Origin: an uncultured Verrucomicrobiae bacterium
Lineage (GTDB): Bacteria > Verrucomicrobiota > Verrucomicrobiia > Chthoniobacterales > Terrimicrobiaceae
Length of the DNA stretch: 64,000 nucleotides
Assembly (NCBI GenBank): GCA_963706955.1
Contig: CAVPOC010000015.1
Location: 1-64,000 of the forward strand
Direction of reading: 5' to 3'
Both the position numbers and the translations under genes were made by a program. Below, one piece after another: positions 1-11,287 of the stretch. The notes under the pieces were generated by a model that was not told the DNA's origin, ran no database searches, and saw only the letters and a program-made list of their open reading frames with translations. Numbering within the stretch: position 1 is the first letter of the stretch; each line of letters opens with the position of its first letter.

Positions 1-621
1 GTGGGCAAGCACATGGTCTCGCGTGCCTTCAGCCTGCTCGCGACTCTGTTTATTTTTATTCTCTTCGCCAACTGGTTTAGCCTCCTGCCAGGAGTCGGAT
101 CGATCGGATGGGGGCACGACGTTCCCGATCACGGCTTTGAGGTTCAGGTCCCCCTCTTGCGACCGACGACTGCGGACCTCAACATGACGCTGGGGATGGC
201 TCTGGTCGCCTTTTGTCTTTGGCTCTATTGGACCATCAGCGAAGTGGGTGTTTGGGGTTTCCTGGTTCACACTTTTGGTCCCAAGGGTGGTCTCAAGGGC
301 GTCATGAAGCTGCTCTTCGCGATCATCTTCCTCTTTGTGGGGGTCATCGAGATCGTCTCCATCTTGGTTCGACCAGTCTCCCTCTCCCTGCGACTCTTTG
401 GAAATGTTTTTGCCGGGGAAACGCTGCTCTCCTCAATGATCACTCTGGGCCACACACTGGGCTTTCCGGCTGCCATCACTTATCTGATGAGTATCATCGT
501 CCCAATACCTTTCTACTTTCTTGAACTGCTGGTCGGAGTGTTGCAGGCGCTCGTCTTCACTCTGCTCTGCGCTGTCTATATTCAGCTCTCCACAACTCAT
601 GATGAGGAAGAGGAGCACTAA
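1..621 (+). CDS. atpB: F0F1 ATP synthase subunit a (5' end outside window)
   Basis: Hydrophobic ORF with RPVSLSLRLFGN (essential Arg) and ELLVGVLQALVFTLL; first gene of the atp cluster. Confidence 0.97.
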   Translation: MGKHMVSRAFSLLATLFIFILFANWFSLLPGVGSIGWGHDVPDHGFEVQVPLLRPTTADLNMTLGMALVAFCLWLYWTISEVGVWGFLVHTFGPKGGLKGVMKLLFAIIFLFVGVIEIVSILVRPVSLSLRLFGNVFAGETLLSSMITLGHTLGFPAAITYLMSIIVPIPFYFLELLVGVLQALVFTLLCAVYIQLSTTHDEEEEH

Positions 622-625
622 AAAA

Positions 626-665
626 TTTCCCGCCGGGACCGTGCAAGTCTGCGGACGGTGAGAAA
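626..665 (+). promoter_or_regulatory. Imperfect stem-loop between atpB and atpE
   Basis: TTTCCCGCCG (626-635) pairs with CGGTGAGAAA (656-665), with one mismatch and one G-U; an A/C-rich leader follows. Confidence 0.4.
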
Positions 666-689
666 AACAACCCATAACAAAGCTAAATT

Positions 690-929
690 ATGATTCTTCC
701 TATTCTTGCTGCAGAAGCCGTCGCCGCGGGTATAACCGGCAGTTTTACCCTAGGCATGGCGGGCCTCGGTTCCGGAATCGGAATCGGCCTGGTCGGCGCG
801 AAGGCGGCGGAAGCTGTCGGCCGCAACCCAGGTGCTTTTGGGCGCGTGCTTACGCTCAGCATCCTCGGCATGGCTCTTGCGGAATCGATCGCGATTTACG
901 CGCTGATTCTCGCTTTCCAAGGCCGCTAA
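690..929 (+). CDS. atpE: ATP synthase subunit c
   Basis: 79 aa, GxGxGxG (GSGIGIG), RNP loop, ion-binding Glu in LAESIAIY. Confidence 0.97.
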   Translation: MILPILAAEAVAAGITGSFTLGMAGLGSGIGIGLVGAKAAEAVGRNPGAFGRVLTLSILGMALAESIAIYALILAFQGR

Positions 930-937
930 GCTCATTT

Positions 938-964
938 GGCCGTCCGCCTTCGCGGCGGACGGCC
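938..964 (+). promoter_or_regulatory. Perfect 11-bp GC stem-loop after atpE; likely mRNA-stabilising, no U-tract
   Basis: GGCCGTCCGCC-TTCGC-GGCGGACGGCC. Confidence 0.65.
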
Positions 965-978
965 CAACCCCTTCGGAA

Positions 979-1488
979 ATGGACGTTATTACAGAAATTT
1001 TCACGAACTTCGGAGTTAGCTGGCCGAAGTTCATCGCGCAGGTCATCTTGTTTTTGGTGGTCTACTGGGTCTTGAACAAATATGCCTTCGGACCCGTGAT
1101 CAAAATGCTTGCCGAGCGCCGTCGGAAAATCGAGGAGGGCCAGCATAATGCCGAACGGATCAAAAAGCAGCTCGCCGACGCCGAGCTGCGCTATCAAGAA
1201 GTCCTGCGCAAGGCCAACGAAGAAGCGACCAAGTTACTGGAAGAGGCGCGCGCGACCAGCGACGCCATCAGTCAAAAACAGCTCCAGCAGGCCATTAAGG
1301 ACGCCGAGGGTATCATCGCCAAAGCCCAGGATACGATTGGGCAGGAACGAAACAAGATGGTGGCCGAAGTGAAGAAGGAGATGGTCGATCTCGTCGTCAA
1401 GACGACATCCAAGGTCGTGGGCAAAATCATGACGCCCGATGATCAAAAGCGCCTTTCGGAAGAAACGGTCAAACAAGTCGCCGCTTGA
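979..1488 (+). CDS. atpF: ATP synthase subunit b
   Basis: N-terminal TM helix, GPVIKMLAERRRKI, long charged coiled coil; operon position. Confidence 0.95.
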   Translation: MDVITEIFTNFGVSWPKFIAQVILFLVVYWVLNKYAFGPVIKMLAERRRKIEEGQHNAERIKKQLADAELRYQEVLRKANEEATKLLEEARATSDAISQKQLQQAIKDAEGIIAKAQDTIGQERNKMVAEVKKEMVDLVVKTTSKVVGKIMTPDDQKRLSEETVKQVAA

Positions 1489-1491
1489 AGT

Positions 1492-1884
1492 ATGAAGATC
1501 AGCAGGGAAGCCCGACGTTTGGCGCGTGAGTTATTCCGCCTAAGCCTTGCCGACGGACGGCTGGAGGCGAGTCGCGTCTCCGCGATCTCTGAACGCCTGA
1601 TCACGGAAAAGCCTCGTAACTACCTGGAGGTTTTGAAGGAATTCAGCCGGTTGGTTCGGCTGGAACTCGAACGCCGCCACGCTATTGTTGAGAGCGCGTC
1701 CCCGCTGGATGAGAGCAGCGCGGCAAACATCGCCAGCACTCTGAAGGAGAAGTTTGGCGACGATATTACCACTGAGTTTCGCACCTCTCCAGACCTTCTC
1801 GGCGGACTGCGCATCAAGCTCGGAAGCGATGTGTGGGACGGAAGTATCAGCAGCCGGCTGGCCACCTTTTCTCAGCAACTTTAA
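1492..1884 (+). CDS. atpH: ATP synthase subunit delta (short, 130 aa)
   Basis: C-terminal PDLLGGLRIKLGSDVWDGSI OSCP/delta motif; lies between atpF and atpA. Confidence 0.92.
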   Translation: MKISREARRLARELFRLSLADGRLEASRVSAISERLITEKPRNYLEVLKEFSRLVRLELERRHAIVESASPLDESSAANIASTLKEKFGDDITTEFRTSPDLLGGLRIKLGSDVWDGSISSRLATFSQQL

Positions 1885-1896
1885 ACCGATCCATCC

Positions 1897-3432
1897 ATGA
1901 GCAATATTCTGCAAGAACTCGAAAGCAAGATCGAGAGCATTCACAGCGAATCCACCACTAAGGCTAATGTCGGCATAGTCCGCGAGATCGGCGATGGTGT
2001 CGCAAAAATTGAAGGTCTCAGTGCTGCGATGCTTAACGAGATGCTGGAATTTCCCGGGGGGATTTACGGCTTGGCGCTGAATCTCGAAGAGACGGAGGTG
2101 GGCACGATCATCCTCGGCGACTATACCACGATTAGCGAAGGCGATGAGGTCAAGACGACGGGTCGACTCTTGCAAACTCCCGTGGGAAAAGGACTTCTTG
2201 GACGTGTTGTCAACGCGCTCGGACAGCCGTTGGATGGCAAAGGTCCAATTGAATCCACAGAATTTTATCCGGTCGAGAACATTGCTTTCGGAATCATCGA
2301 ACGTAAGAGCGTCAGCCAGCCTGTCCAGACGGGAATTATGGCGGTCGATGCGATGATTCCCATCGGGCGAGGACAGCGCGAGCTGATCATCGGAGATCGT
2401 GCCACCGGCAAGACTACCATTGCCATCGACACAATTCTCAACCAAGCCAAGATCAATAAGGCGGCGGAGGAGGCCGGTGATGCCAACTTCCGGCCGCTCT
2501 ATTCGATCTATGTGGGCGTGGGACAAAAAAATTCCAATATCGCGCGGGTTCTGGGCGTTCTCGAAGCCCACGACGCACTTAAGTATACGATTGTGATCGC
2601 TGCTTCTGCATCGGATGCCGCTACCGACCAGTACCTAGCTCCGTTTACGGGAGCGGCCATGGGAGAGTGGTTCATGTCGAATGGCATGGACGCGCTGATT
2701 GTATTTGATGACTTGAGCAAGCATGCCGCGGCATATCGGCAAGTCTCCCTTCTGCTCAAGCGTCCCTCAGGGCGAGAAGCGTATCCTGGAGATGTCTTCT
2801 ATCTCCATAGCCGTCTTCTGGAGCGTTCTGCCCGCCTGAACGAGAAGTTTGGCAACGGATCGCTTACCGCCCTTCCAATCATCGAGACACAGGCTGGTGA
2901 CGTATCCGCCTACATTCCCACTAACGTCATTTCGATCACCGATGGTCAGATCTATCTCGAGACCGATCTCTTTTATCAGGGAATTCGTCCCGCCATCTCG
3001 GTTGGTCTGTCGGTCTCCCGCGTCGGCTCCGCGGCTCAGATCAAGGCGATGAAGCAAGTCGCGGGCAAGATCAAGGGAGATCTGGCGCAATTCCGCGAAT
3101 TGGCCGCCTTCGCGCAATTTGGCTCCGATCTAGACGCGAAGACCCAGGGGACCCTTAATCGCGGACAACGGATCGTTGAACTGTTCAAACAGACTCAGTA
3201 TCAGCCGATGTACGTCCAACTCCAGGCGGCGGTGCTTTGGGCCATGCAAAAGGGCTATTTTGATCCGATCCCTGTGGAGCGAGTGAAGGAATTTCAACTC
3301 AAGCTTCAGGAGTTTCTCAGCACCCGCAAGGAAGAGATTCTCAACAAAATCCTGGCGAAAAAGCAATTTGATGAGGAACTCGACAAGGAGCTTGGGACCG
3401 CTCTCGATGAGTTTAAGATACTTTTCAAGTAA
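1897..3432 (+). CDS. atpA: ATP synthase subunit alpha
   Basis: GDRATGKT P-loop, [26 protein letters not shown]. Confidence 0.99.
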   Translation: MSNILQELESKIESIHSESTTKANVGIVREIGDGVAKIEGLSAAMLNEMLEFPGGIYGLALNLEETEVGTIILGDYTTISEGDEVKTTGRLLQTPVGKGLLGRVVNALGQPLDGKGPIESTEFYPVENIAFGIIERKSVSQPVQTGIMAVDAMIPIGRGQRELIIGDRATGKTTIAIDTILNQAKINKAAEEAGDANFRPLYSIYVGVGQKNSNIARVLGVLEAHDALKYTIVIAASASDAATDQYLAPFTGAAMGEWFMSNGMDALIVFDDLSKHAAAYRQVSLLLKRPSGREAYPGDVFYLHSRLLERSARLNEKFGNGSLTALPIIETQAGDVSAYIPTNVISITDGQIYLETDLFYQGIRPAISVGLSVSRVGSAAQIKAMKQVAGKIKGDLAQFRELAAFAQFGSDLDAKTQGTLNRGQRIVELFKQTQYQPMYVQLQAAVLWAMQKGYFDPIPVERVKEFQLKLQEFLSTRKEEILNKILAKKQFDEELDKELGTALDEFKILFK

Positions 3433-3438
3433 CTCTCC

Positions 3439-5735
<2,297 letters not shown>

Positions 5736-5775
5736 CGCCAGTCCTAGTGACTCGCGAGTCCCCAAGTTTTCCACT

Positions 5776-6186
5776 ATGGCCACTCTCCGACTTGAGATAG
5801 TTACTCCTGAGACAAAGACGTTTTCCGACGATGTGGATTCGGTAGTAATACCCGGCGCCGAAGGTGAATTTGGCGTCCTTCCACAGCACGTCGCCTTGAT
5901 GACGGAAATCGTTCCCGGCGAGCTCAGGATCATGAAGGACGGTCAGGAGACGCGACTGGCTGTGGGCGCGGGCTTTGTCGAAGTGACCCAAGAATCGGTC
6001 TCCGTGCTGACGGATATGGCAGTTGCAGAGCATGAGATCGACGAGGCGGCGGCGGAAGCGGCGATCAGGCGCGCCGAAGAGGCGATGAAGAGCAAACATC
6101 TCGACGAGGAAGGATATGCGGCGGTGCAGGCAGCCATACAGAAGTCGTCGGCTCAACTCCGAGTTAAGCGTCGCCGCGCCCATTAG
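5776..6186 (+). CDS. atpC: ATP synthase subunit epsilon
   Basis: LEIVTPE, GEFGVLPQH, GFVEV, C-terminal helical hairpin. Confidence 0.96.
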   Translation: MATLRLEIVTPETKTFSDDVDSVVIPGAEGEFGVLPQHVALMTEIVPGELRIMKDGQETRLAVGAGFVEVTQESVSVLTDMAVAEHEIDEAAAEAAIRRAEEAMKSKHLDEEGYAAVQAAIQKSSAQLRVKRRRAH

Positions 6187-6240
6187 GCTGTCTACCGCCT
6201 CGCGATTCCCAAGCGGTCGCGAGATTCCAAGCGTCGCACG

Positions 6241-6855
6241 ATGCCGACGGACATTTCCGAGTTCCTCGGCGGTTATCTTCGTACCGGACCCCTGCGTCTC
6301 GGTCAGGTGCGAATCTTTCCTGACTGCCGCCTTTGCCATCTGGATGAGTCCGAACGAAGTGACCTGGCAAATTTCACTGACCCTCATGATGCCATCGAGA
6401 TTGCCAGATACGACGACGCCGGCAATTACCGGCCCTTAAAAACCGCGCCGAATCTGCGACATGGATGGCAGCTCAGGTTGAAAAGCGTCGAGGAGGTAAC
6501 CCTCGCGCTTGATTTTCTTTATCCAGCCGCCTTGGGCACGGCTTTGGCGTTCACGAGAAGAACGCTAACCCACGTCGACCTCCGTCAGACTCTTGCCAGG
6601 CAGACAGGAATGTACGCGGTCACCAAGAGGATCAGCGATGAACAAGCGGAAGCAACAATCCTGCGAACCTGCAATCATGAGTCCGGGTGCATACGTCGTA
6701 TCCTCTGGTCTATTTCGCCCGGTCATCCGACGCCATTCAGCCTCCGGCGATCTGAAGTCCCATGCTCGAACGACGAGCTCCCCATCCTCTGCGCTGAAGC
6801 GTGCAACTTGCTGGTCGCAGCAACGCGCAAAACGGTCAAGTCGGCTCGGACGTAG
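6241..6855 (+). CDS. DR2241-like protein (stabilising domain plus putative 4Fe-4S domain, no CbiX domain)
   Basis: RYDDAGNYRPLKTAPNLRHGW, RQTGMY, Cys motif C-x5-C...C-x3-C (CNHESGC...CAEAC). Confidence 0.7.
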   Translation: MPTDISEFLGGYLRTGPLRLGQVRIFPDCRLCHLDESERSDLANFTDPHDAIEIARYDDAGNYRPLKTAPNLRHGWQLRLKSVEEVTLALDFLYPAALGTALAFTRRTLTHVDLRQTLARQTGMYAVTKRISDEQAEATILRTCNHESGCIRRILWSISPGHPTPFSLRRSEVPCSNDELPILCAEACNLLVAATRKTVKSART

Positions 6856-7762
6856 AGCCTTCGTCTGCCTCGGGCTCGATGTGCACGACAACGTCTGCCA
6901 GATGAAAATTTCCCTTGAGAAGTGAGTTTTTCACCAGGTGCGCGATATCGTGGCCCTCTCGAACTGTGCAATCGCCGGAAACGCGCACATGAATGTCGGC
7001 GAATCGCGCAAAGCCGCTCTTGCGCACGCGACACTTCTCCACGCTGGTGACTCCCGGCACGGCTTGAACCGCACTGAGAATTTCGGTAACCAATTCCGGA
7101 GCGGCTTGGGCGTCGAGGACCTCATCGATCGAAGCACGAAGCATCCCTACACCGTTGAAGATGATCAATCCACAGGAGAAGAGGGCCGCCCACGCGTCAG
7201 CTTGCTTCCAAGCCGGGCCGCCCATCAATGCCGCGGAGATGCCGACAACGGCGGCCAACGAGGTGAGCGCGTCCGAACGGTGATGCCAGGCCTCAGTCTG
7301 AAGAGCCCGGCTTTCTATGGCCTTCGCGCGCAGCGACACCCAGCGAAAAAGGCCTTCCTTCAAGAGAATTGCGCCCAGCAGGACAACTAACGTAAAGCTT
7401 GCGGGACCGGCTCCGACGTCCGTCGATCCTTGCAAGAGCACAATTTGGCGGATGCTGTGAACTCCAAGCGCTGCCCCGGCCGCCACGAGCAGCAGTGAGC
7501 CAGCAACGGCTGCTAGTGATTCCATCTTTCCATGACCGTAAGGGTGCTCGGTATCCGGGGGGCGCTCCGCATACTTGATGGCGCCCCACATTATCGCTGA
7601 ACTCAAAACATCGAGAGATGACTCGATCCCGTCGGCGATTAGCGCGTTGGAATGCCCGAGGAGACCGCCAGCGATCTTGGCCAGGGCAAGGACCAGATTG
7701 ATGAGAATGCCCGCCAGCAGAAGCTTGCGGCTTTCACTCGCCCGGCGACCTACGAAATCCAC
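6836..7762 (-). CDS. Cation diffusion facilitator (FieF-like) metal efflux transporter
   Basis: SNALIADGIESSLD, HPYGHGKMESL, HHRSD, C-terminal VVHIEP. Confidence 0.92.
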   Translation of the reverse strand: MDFVGRRASESRKLLLAGILINLVLALAKIAGGLLGHSNALIADGIESSLDVLSSAIMWGAIKYAERPPDTEHPYGHGKMESLAAVAGSLLLVAAGAALGVHSIRQIVLLQGSTDVGAGPASFTLVVLLGAILLKEGLFRWVSLRAKAIESRALQTEAWHHRSDALTSLAAVVGISAALMGGPAWKQADAWAALFSCGLIIFNGVGMLRASIDEVLDAQAAPELVTEILSAVQAVPGVTSVEKCRVRKSGFARFADIHVRVSGDCTVREGHDIAHLVKNSLLKGNFHLADVVVHIEPEADEGSTSEPT

Positions 7763-7785
7763 GAGAACGCTACAAACTGTGGGTC

Positions 7786-8175
7786 TTAAAAGTTGGTAAA
7801 GGTCATTCGTCCGGCGGCCGGCTCGAAGTCGCCGACCTCTAGCTTTTTCAGGTAAGCTATCGTTCGCTCCTTCTCGCGTGGAATCGGAACAGGACCAGGC
7901 CCGGCCCAGCCCCTCGGATGCTCGGTCACCGTGTAAACAATGTTGATAATTTCATTCGGCTTGGCACCGCTCGCCGACCGGAGGACCTGGCTGATCAGGG
8001 CAACCAATTGCACTCTCTGCTGGATCGGAGTTTCTCCAGGTGCCACATCCACCCGCAATATCTCAACCTTGAAATATTCCGGCGCCTTCGCTTGCATCGC
8101 CTCGTATGCTGAAGGAGGAAGCTCGGCCTGGAGGACTGGCACGAAGAAGAAGAGCATCAACACTGGCAATTTCAT
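7786..8175 (-). CDS. Hypothetical exported protein
   Basis: Signal peptide MKLPVLMLFFFVPVLQA, GGGAG upstream, fills the gap in a minus-strand run. Confidence 0.7.
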   Translation of the reverse strand: MKLPVLMLFFFVPVLQAELPPSAYEAMQAKAPEYFKVEILRVDVAPGETPIQQRVQLVALISQVLRSASGAKPNEIINIVYTVTEHPRGWAGPGPVPIPREKERTIAYLKKLEVGDFEPAAGRMTFTNF

Positions 8176-8229
8176 GTCGATATCTCCCTAGCAGATCGCG
8201 TGGGGCGCGTAAATGGATGAAGCCTCAAG

Positions 8230-9039
8230 TCACTCTTCGACGCTGCGACACTCCTTCACAAACTCAGTGACTGCGGATTGAATCTGTGCGGCCAGATTCA
8301 CCTTCGGTCGCACAAAGCGGGGCTTGAACCAAGGAAACATCCCCAAAAGATCATACGTAACAAGTATTTGGCCGTCACAGCCGCTTCCGCTGCCGATTCC
8401 AATCGTTGGCACCCGAGTCTTTCGGGAAATAGCTTCAGCAACCGGAGGCGAAACCAGTTCAAGCACGAGCCCAAATACTCCGGCTTCATCGAGAGCCAGT
8501 GCATCCGCAATCAGCTCCTCGGCTTGCTCCGGATCCTTACCCTTTACTTTATAGCCGCCTTCCTCCTTCACCTTTTGCGGAAGCATTCCGATATGACCTA
8601 ACACAGGAATTCCTTCGCTCAGGATGCCCTTGATCACTGGCAGCAGCTCTCTGCCACCTTCCGGTTTGACTCCTTTCGCGCCGGCCTCAGCTAGTTTACG
8701 CGCACTGCTCACGCCCATCCTTGCGGTTTCGGTGCTGTGCGCGGGCAAGTCGGCGATCAAGGGCGTTTCACACACTCCGCGAGCCACGGCGCGTGTATGA
8801 TGGACCATATCGCCCAGGGTGACTTTGGTGGTATCTGGATAGCCCAACACAACCATGCCAAGGGAGTCGCCTACGAGCAAAAAGTCCAGCCCCAATCCAT
8901 CAAGCAATCTGCCCATCGGATAATCGTACGCAGTCAAGGCGGCGAACTTCCAGGACTGCGCCTTGCGATTGATAAAGGCCTCAGCGAGGGAATTCGCTTC
9001 ACACCTCTTCTGCGTAAGATTACGTCCCATGAGATTCAT
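8230..9039 (-). CDS. panB: 3-methyl-2-oxobutanoate hydroxymethyltransferase
   Basis: LTAYDY, LLVGDSLGM, GHIGMLPQ, IGIGSG..CDGQILV. Confidence 0.96.
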   Translation of the reverse strand: MNLMGRNLTQKRCEANSLAEAFINRKAQSWKFAALTAYDYPMGRLLDGLGLDFLLVGDSLGMVVLGYPDTTKVTLGDMVHHTRAVARGVCETPLIADLPAHSTETARMGVSSARKLAEAGAKGVKPEGGRELLPVIKGILSEGIPVLGHIGMLPQKVKEEGGYKVKGKDPEQAEELIADALALDEAGVFGLVLELVSPPVAEAISRKTRVPTIGIGSGSGCDGQILVTYDLLGMFPWFKPRFVRPKVNLAAQIQSAVTEFVKECRSVEE

Positions 9040-9041
9040 CC

Positions 9042-9545
9042 TCAGTATATTGAACTACAATATACAGTTAGCTGCTCTGTGGTGCTAAGTTCGCGAAGTA
9101 GTTCTTCCACATTTCGGGAGAAGGTAGGGAGGATCAGCTTTGGTCGGATGTCGGCAAGCGGGCGAAGGACGAAAAGGCGTTCCGCTATCCGGGGGTGGGG
9201 CAAGGTGAGGCGGGGAGTTGATATGACAACATCCTCGCAATAGAGCAGGTCGAGGTCGATTACACGAGGGCTGTTTCTCGTGGCCGAGGGGCGGCGTCCA
9301 AGGTTTTGTTCAATACCCTGAAGCTTCTGGAGGAGTTCTATCGGCTCCACCCGAATGAAAAGCTCGAGGACGGCGTTGAGGAAGAGAGGGGAACCTGGGG
9401 GGCAATCAATGGGAGAGGTTTCGTACACCTTTGAGCTGAGCACAGGCTGCGATCCGACATGGAGAGGATCGATTTGCCTCCAGGCAGCTTGGAGAAACGC
9501 GAGACGCGGTTCGATGTTCGATCCAAGTGCAATCCCGGTGCGCAT
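9042..9545 (-). CDS. folK: 2-amino-4-hydroxy-6-hydroxymethyldihydropteridine diphosphokinase
   Basis: IALGSN, FLNAV, PRVIDLDLL, LPHPRIAERLFVL; start reset to MRTGIALGSN. Confidence 0.95.
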   Translation of the reverse strand: MRTGIALGSNIEPRLAFLQAAWRQIDPLHVGSQPVLSSKVYETSPIDCPPGSPLFLNAVLELFIRVEPIELLQKLQGIEQNLGRRPSATRNSPRVIDLDLLYCEDVVISTPRLTLPHPRIAERLFVLRPLADIRPKLILPTFSRNVEELLRELSTTEQLTVYCSSIY

Positions 9546-9602
9546 TCTCAAGTTGACGAGATCGAGAAAGCGGGGTAGTCCCGCTGCCTTCAAGTTCCTC
9601 GG

Positions 9603-10343
9603 CTATTTCAAGCCAAGGACATCTTGCATATCGTATAGGCCAGGCGGTTGGGATGTTGCCCATTTTACGGCCCGGAGGGCGCCTTTCGCGAAGGTCTCCC
9701 TGCTGGAGGCCTTGTGGGCTAGTTCCAGTCGCTCCCCGACGTTGGCGTAGATCACGATATGGTCGCCGACGACGTCGCCGCCGCGCACCGCGTGCAAACC
9801 GATCTCAGTGTTGGTTCGCTCGCCAACCATACCGGTGCGCCCGTGGCGGGTGTCTCCTTCATAGGAAAGACCTCGGACTTCAGCCAGGATCTCGGCCAAC
9901 CGCCTTGCCGTCCCGCTCGGAGCATCCCTCTTCAATCGGTGATGCATCTCCACCACTTCGAGATCGAATTCAGGTCCGAGAATCTCGACCGCCTTGCGTG
10001 TCAGCCAAAAGAGAGCGTTAACTCCGACGCTGAAATTGGGAGCAAACACAATCGGAATCTTCCGCGCGGAATTTGCAACTCGCTGCCGACTCTCGCTGTC
10101 CTGGCCGGTCGTTCCGATGATCAGAACTTTTCCCTCCTGTGCGCAGACCTCTGCCAACGCGGCGGTCCCTTCAGCTTGCGTAAAGTCAATCACCGCCTGG
10201 CAATCGGGAAGTGCCGCTTGCAAATCATCGCCGAGGTCAACTTGCGCCGCTATCTCAAACTGAGGATCGACGGATGCACATGCGACGACGGTTTGACCCA
10301 TCCGACCTCGCGCACCGTTGATAAGTAGCTTCAGCGGAGTCAT
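9603..10343 (-). CDS. dapB: 4-hydroxy-tetrahydrodipicolinate reductase
   Basis: GARGRMG, IGTTG, EMHHRLKRDAPSGTA. Confidence 0.97.
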   Translation of the reverse strand: MTPLKLLINGARGRMGQTVVACASVDPQFEIAAQVDLGDDLQAALPDCQAVIDFTQAEGTAALAEVCAQEGKVLIIGTTGQDSESRQRVANSARKIPIVFAPNFSVGVNALFWLTRKAVEILGPEFDLEVVEMHHRLKRDAPSGTARRLAEILAEVRGLSYEGDTRHGRTGMVGERTNTEIGLHAVRGGDVVGDHIVIYANVGERLELAHKASSRETFAKGALRAVKWATSQPPGLYDMQDVLGLK

Positions 10344-10398
10344 CGAAAATCCGAGCCAGAACGGATGCTCGAATCAGCGGCTTTGGGCAGGCGAGCAG

Positions 10399-11277
10399 TC
10401 ATACAATTTCCAAGGCCGTGAGGGTTGCCCGCAACTTTTCCTTATTGGCAGCAGACATCTCGCAGAGCGGAAGGCGAACCTCGGCGCTCATCCCGTTTTT
10501 CAATGAGAGCGCGTACTTGATAGGCACCGGATTCGGCTCGATGAAAAGGTCCTTGAAGAGTCGGTAATGCAGTCTGTGAGCTTCGACAGCTTCATCGACT
10601 CGACCCTCGCGCCAAGCGCGCACCAAGGCGGAGATTTGACCAGGCAGTAAATTTGATGCCACGCTGATCACACCCACACCGCCGGCAGAAAGAAATGGAA
10701 GTGTCAGTGAGTCGTCACCGGACAAAATCTCGAAACCGGCAGGCAATGCCTGCTGCAGCTGACTGACTCTCTCAACGGAACCGCCCGCTTCTTTAATGCC
10801 GACAATATTTGTGCAGTCAGTCGCTAGACGGGCGACGGTTTCTACTGCGATCTCGATCCCGCACCGGCCAGGTATGCTATAGAGGATGATCGGTAGACCC
10901 ACAGCGCCAGCGATCGCACGATAATGGCGATATACCCCTTCCTGCGACGGTTTGTTGTAGTAGGGAGCGACCAGGAGAGCGGCATCCGCGCCAAGCCTTT
11001 CCGCCTCGCGCGTCAGAGAAATCGCCTCTGCGGTAGAATTTGATCCGGTCCCGGCGATGACCCGGCAGCGGCCCTTGGCGCGCCCGATGGCAGTCTCTAT
11101 CACCTCAGAATGCTCCTCGTGAGAAAGGGTGGGAGATTCTCCCGTTGTCCCCACCGGGACGATCCCCTCGACACCTCCTGAGATCTGCGACTCAATCAGT
11201 GACTCGAATGCTTCACGATCGAAGGCACCGTCTTTAAACGGCGTCACCAGGGCGGTATGCGTGCCGGCGAATGACAT
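10399..11277 (-). CDS. dapA: 4-hydroxy-tetrahydrodipicolinate synthase
   Basis: GTTGESPTL, PYYNKPSQ, YSIPGR, Schiff-base Lys in GIKEA; start reset to MSFAGTHTAL. Confidence 0.97.
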   Translation of the reverse strand: MSFAGTHTALVTPFKDGAFDREAFESLIESQISGGVEGIVPVGTTGESPTLSHEEHSEVIETAIGRAKGRCRVIAGTGSNSTAEAISLTREAERLGADAALLVAPYYNKPSQEGVYRHYRAIAGAVGLPIILYSIPGRCGIEIAVETVARLATDCTNIVGIKEAGGSVERVSQLQQALPAGFEILSGDDSLTLPFLSAGGVGVISVASNLLPGQISALVRAWREGRVDEAVEAHRLHYRLFKDLFIEPNPVPIKYALSLKNGMSAEVRLPLCEMSAANKEKLRATLTALEIV

Positions 11278-11287
11278 TCGTGCAGAA

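Noticed and set aside
1492..1884. Short ATP synthase delta as a possible truncation
   Set aside because: Starts 3 nt after the atpF stop with an intact C-terminal motif and no room for a lost segment; most likely a lineage-typical short form
1540..2571. 343-aa minus-strand ORF, plus similar long antisense ORFs (21040-22392, 25449-26282, 28467-29183, 44160-44921)
   Set aside because: Shadows of well-supported opposite-strand genes; no recognisable motifs
5748..5759. 12-bp palindrome GACTCGCGAGTC between atpD and atpC
   Set aside because: Single short palindrome with no other support
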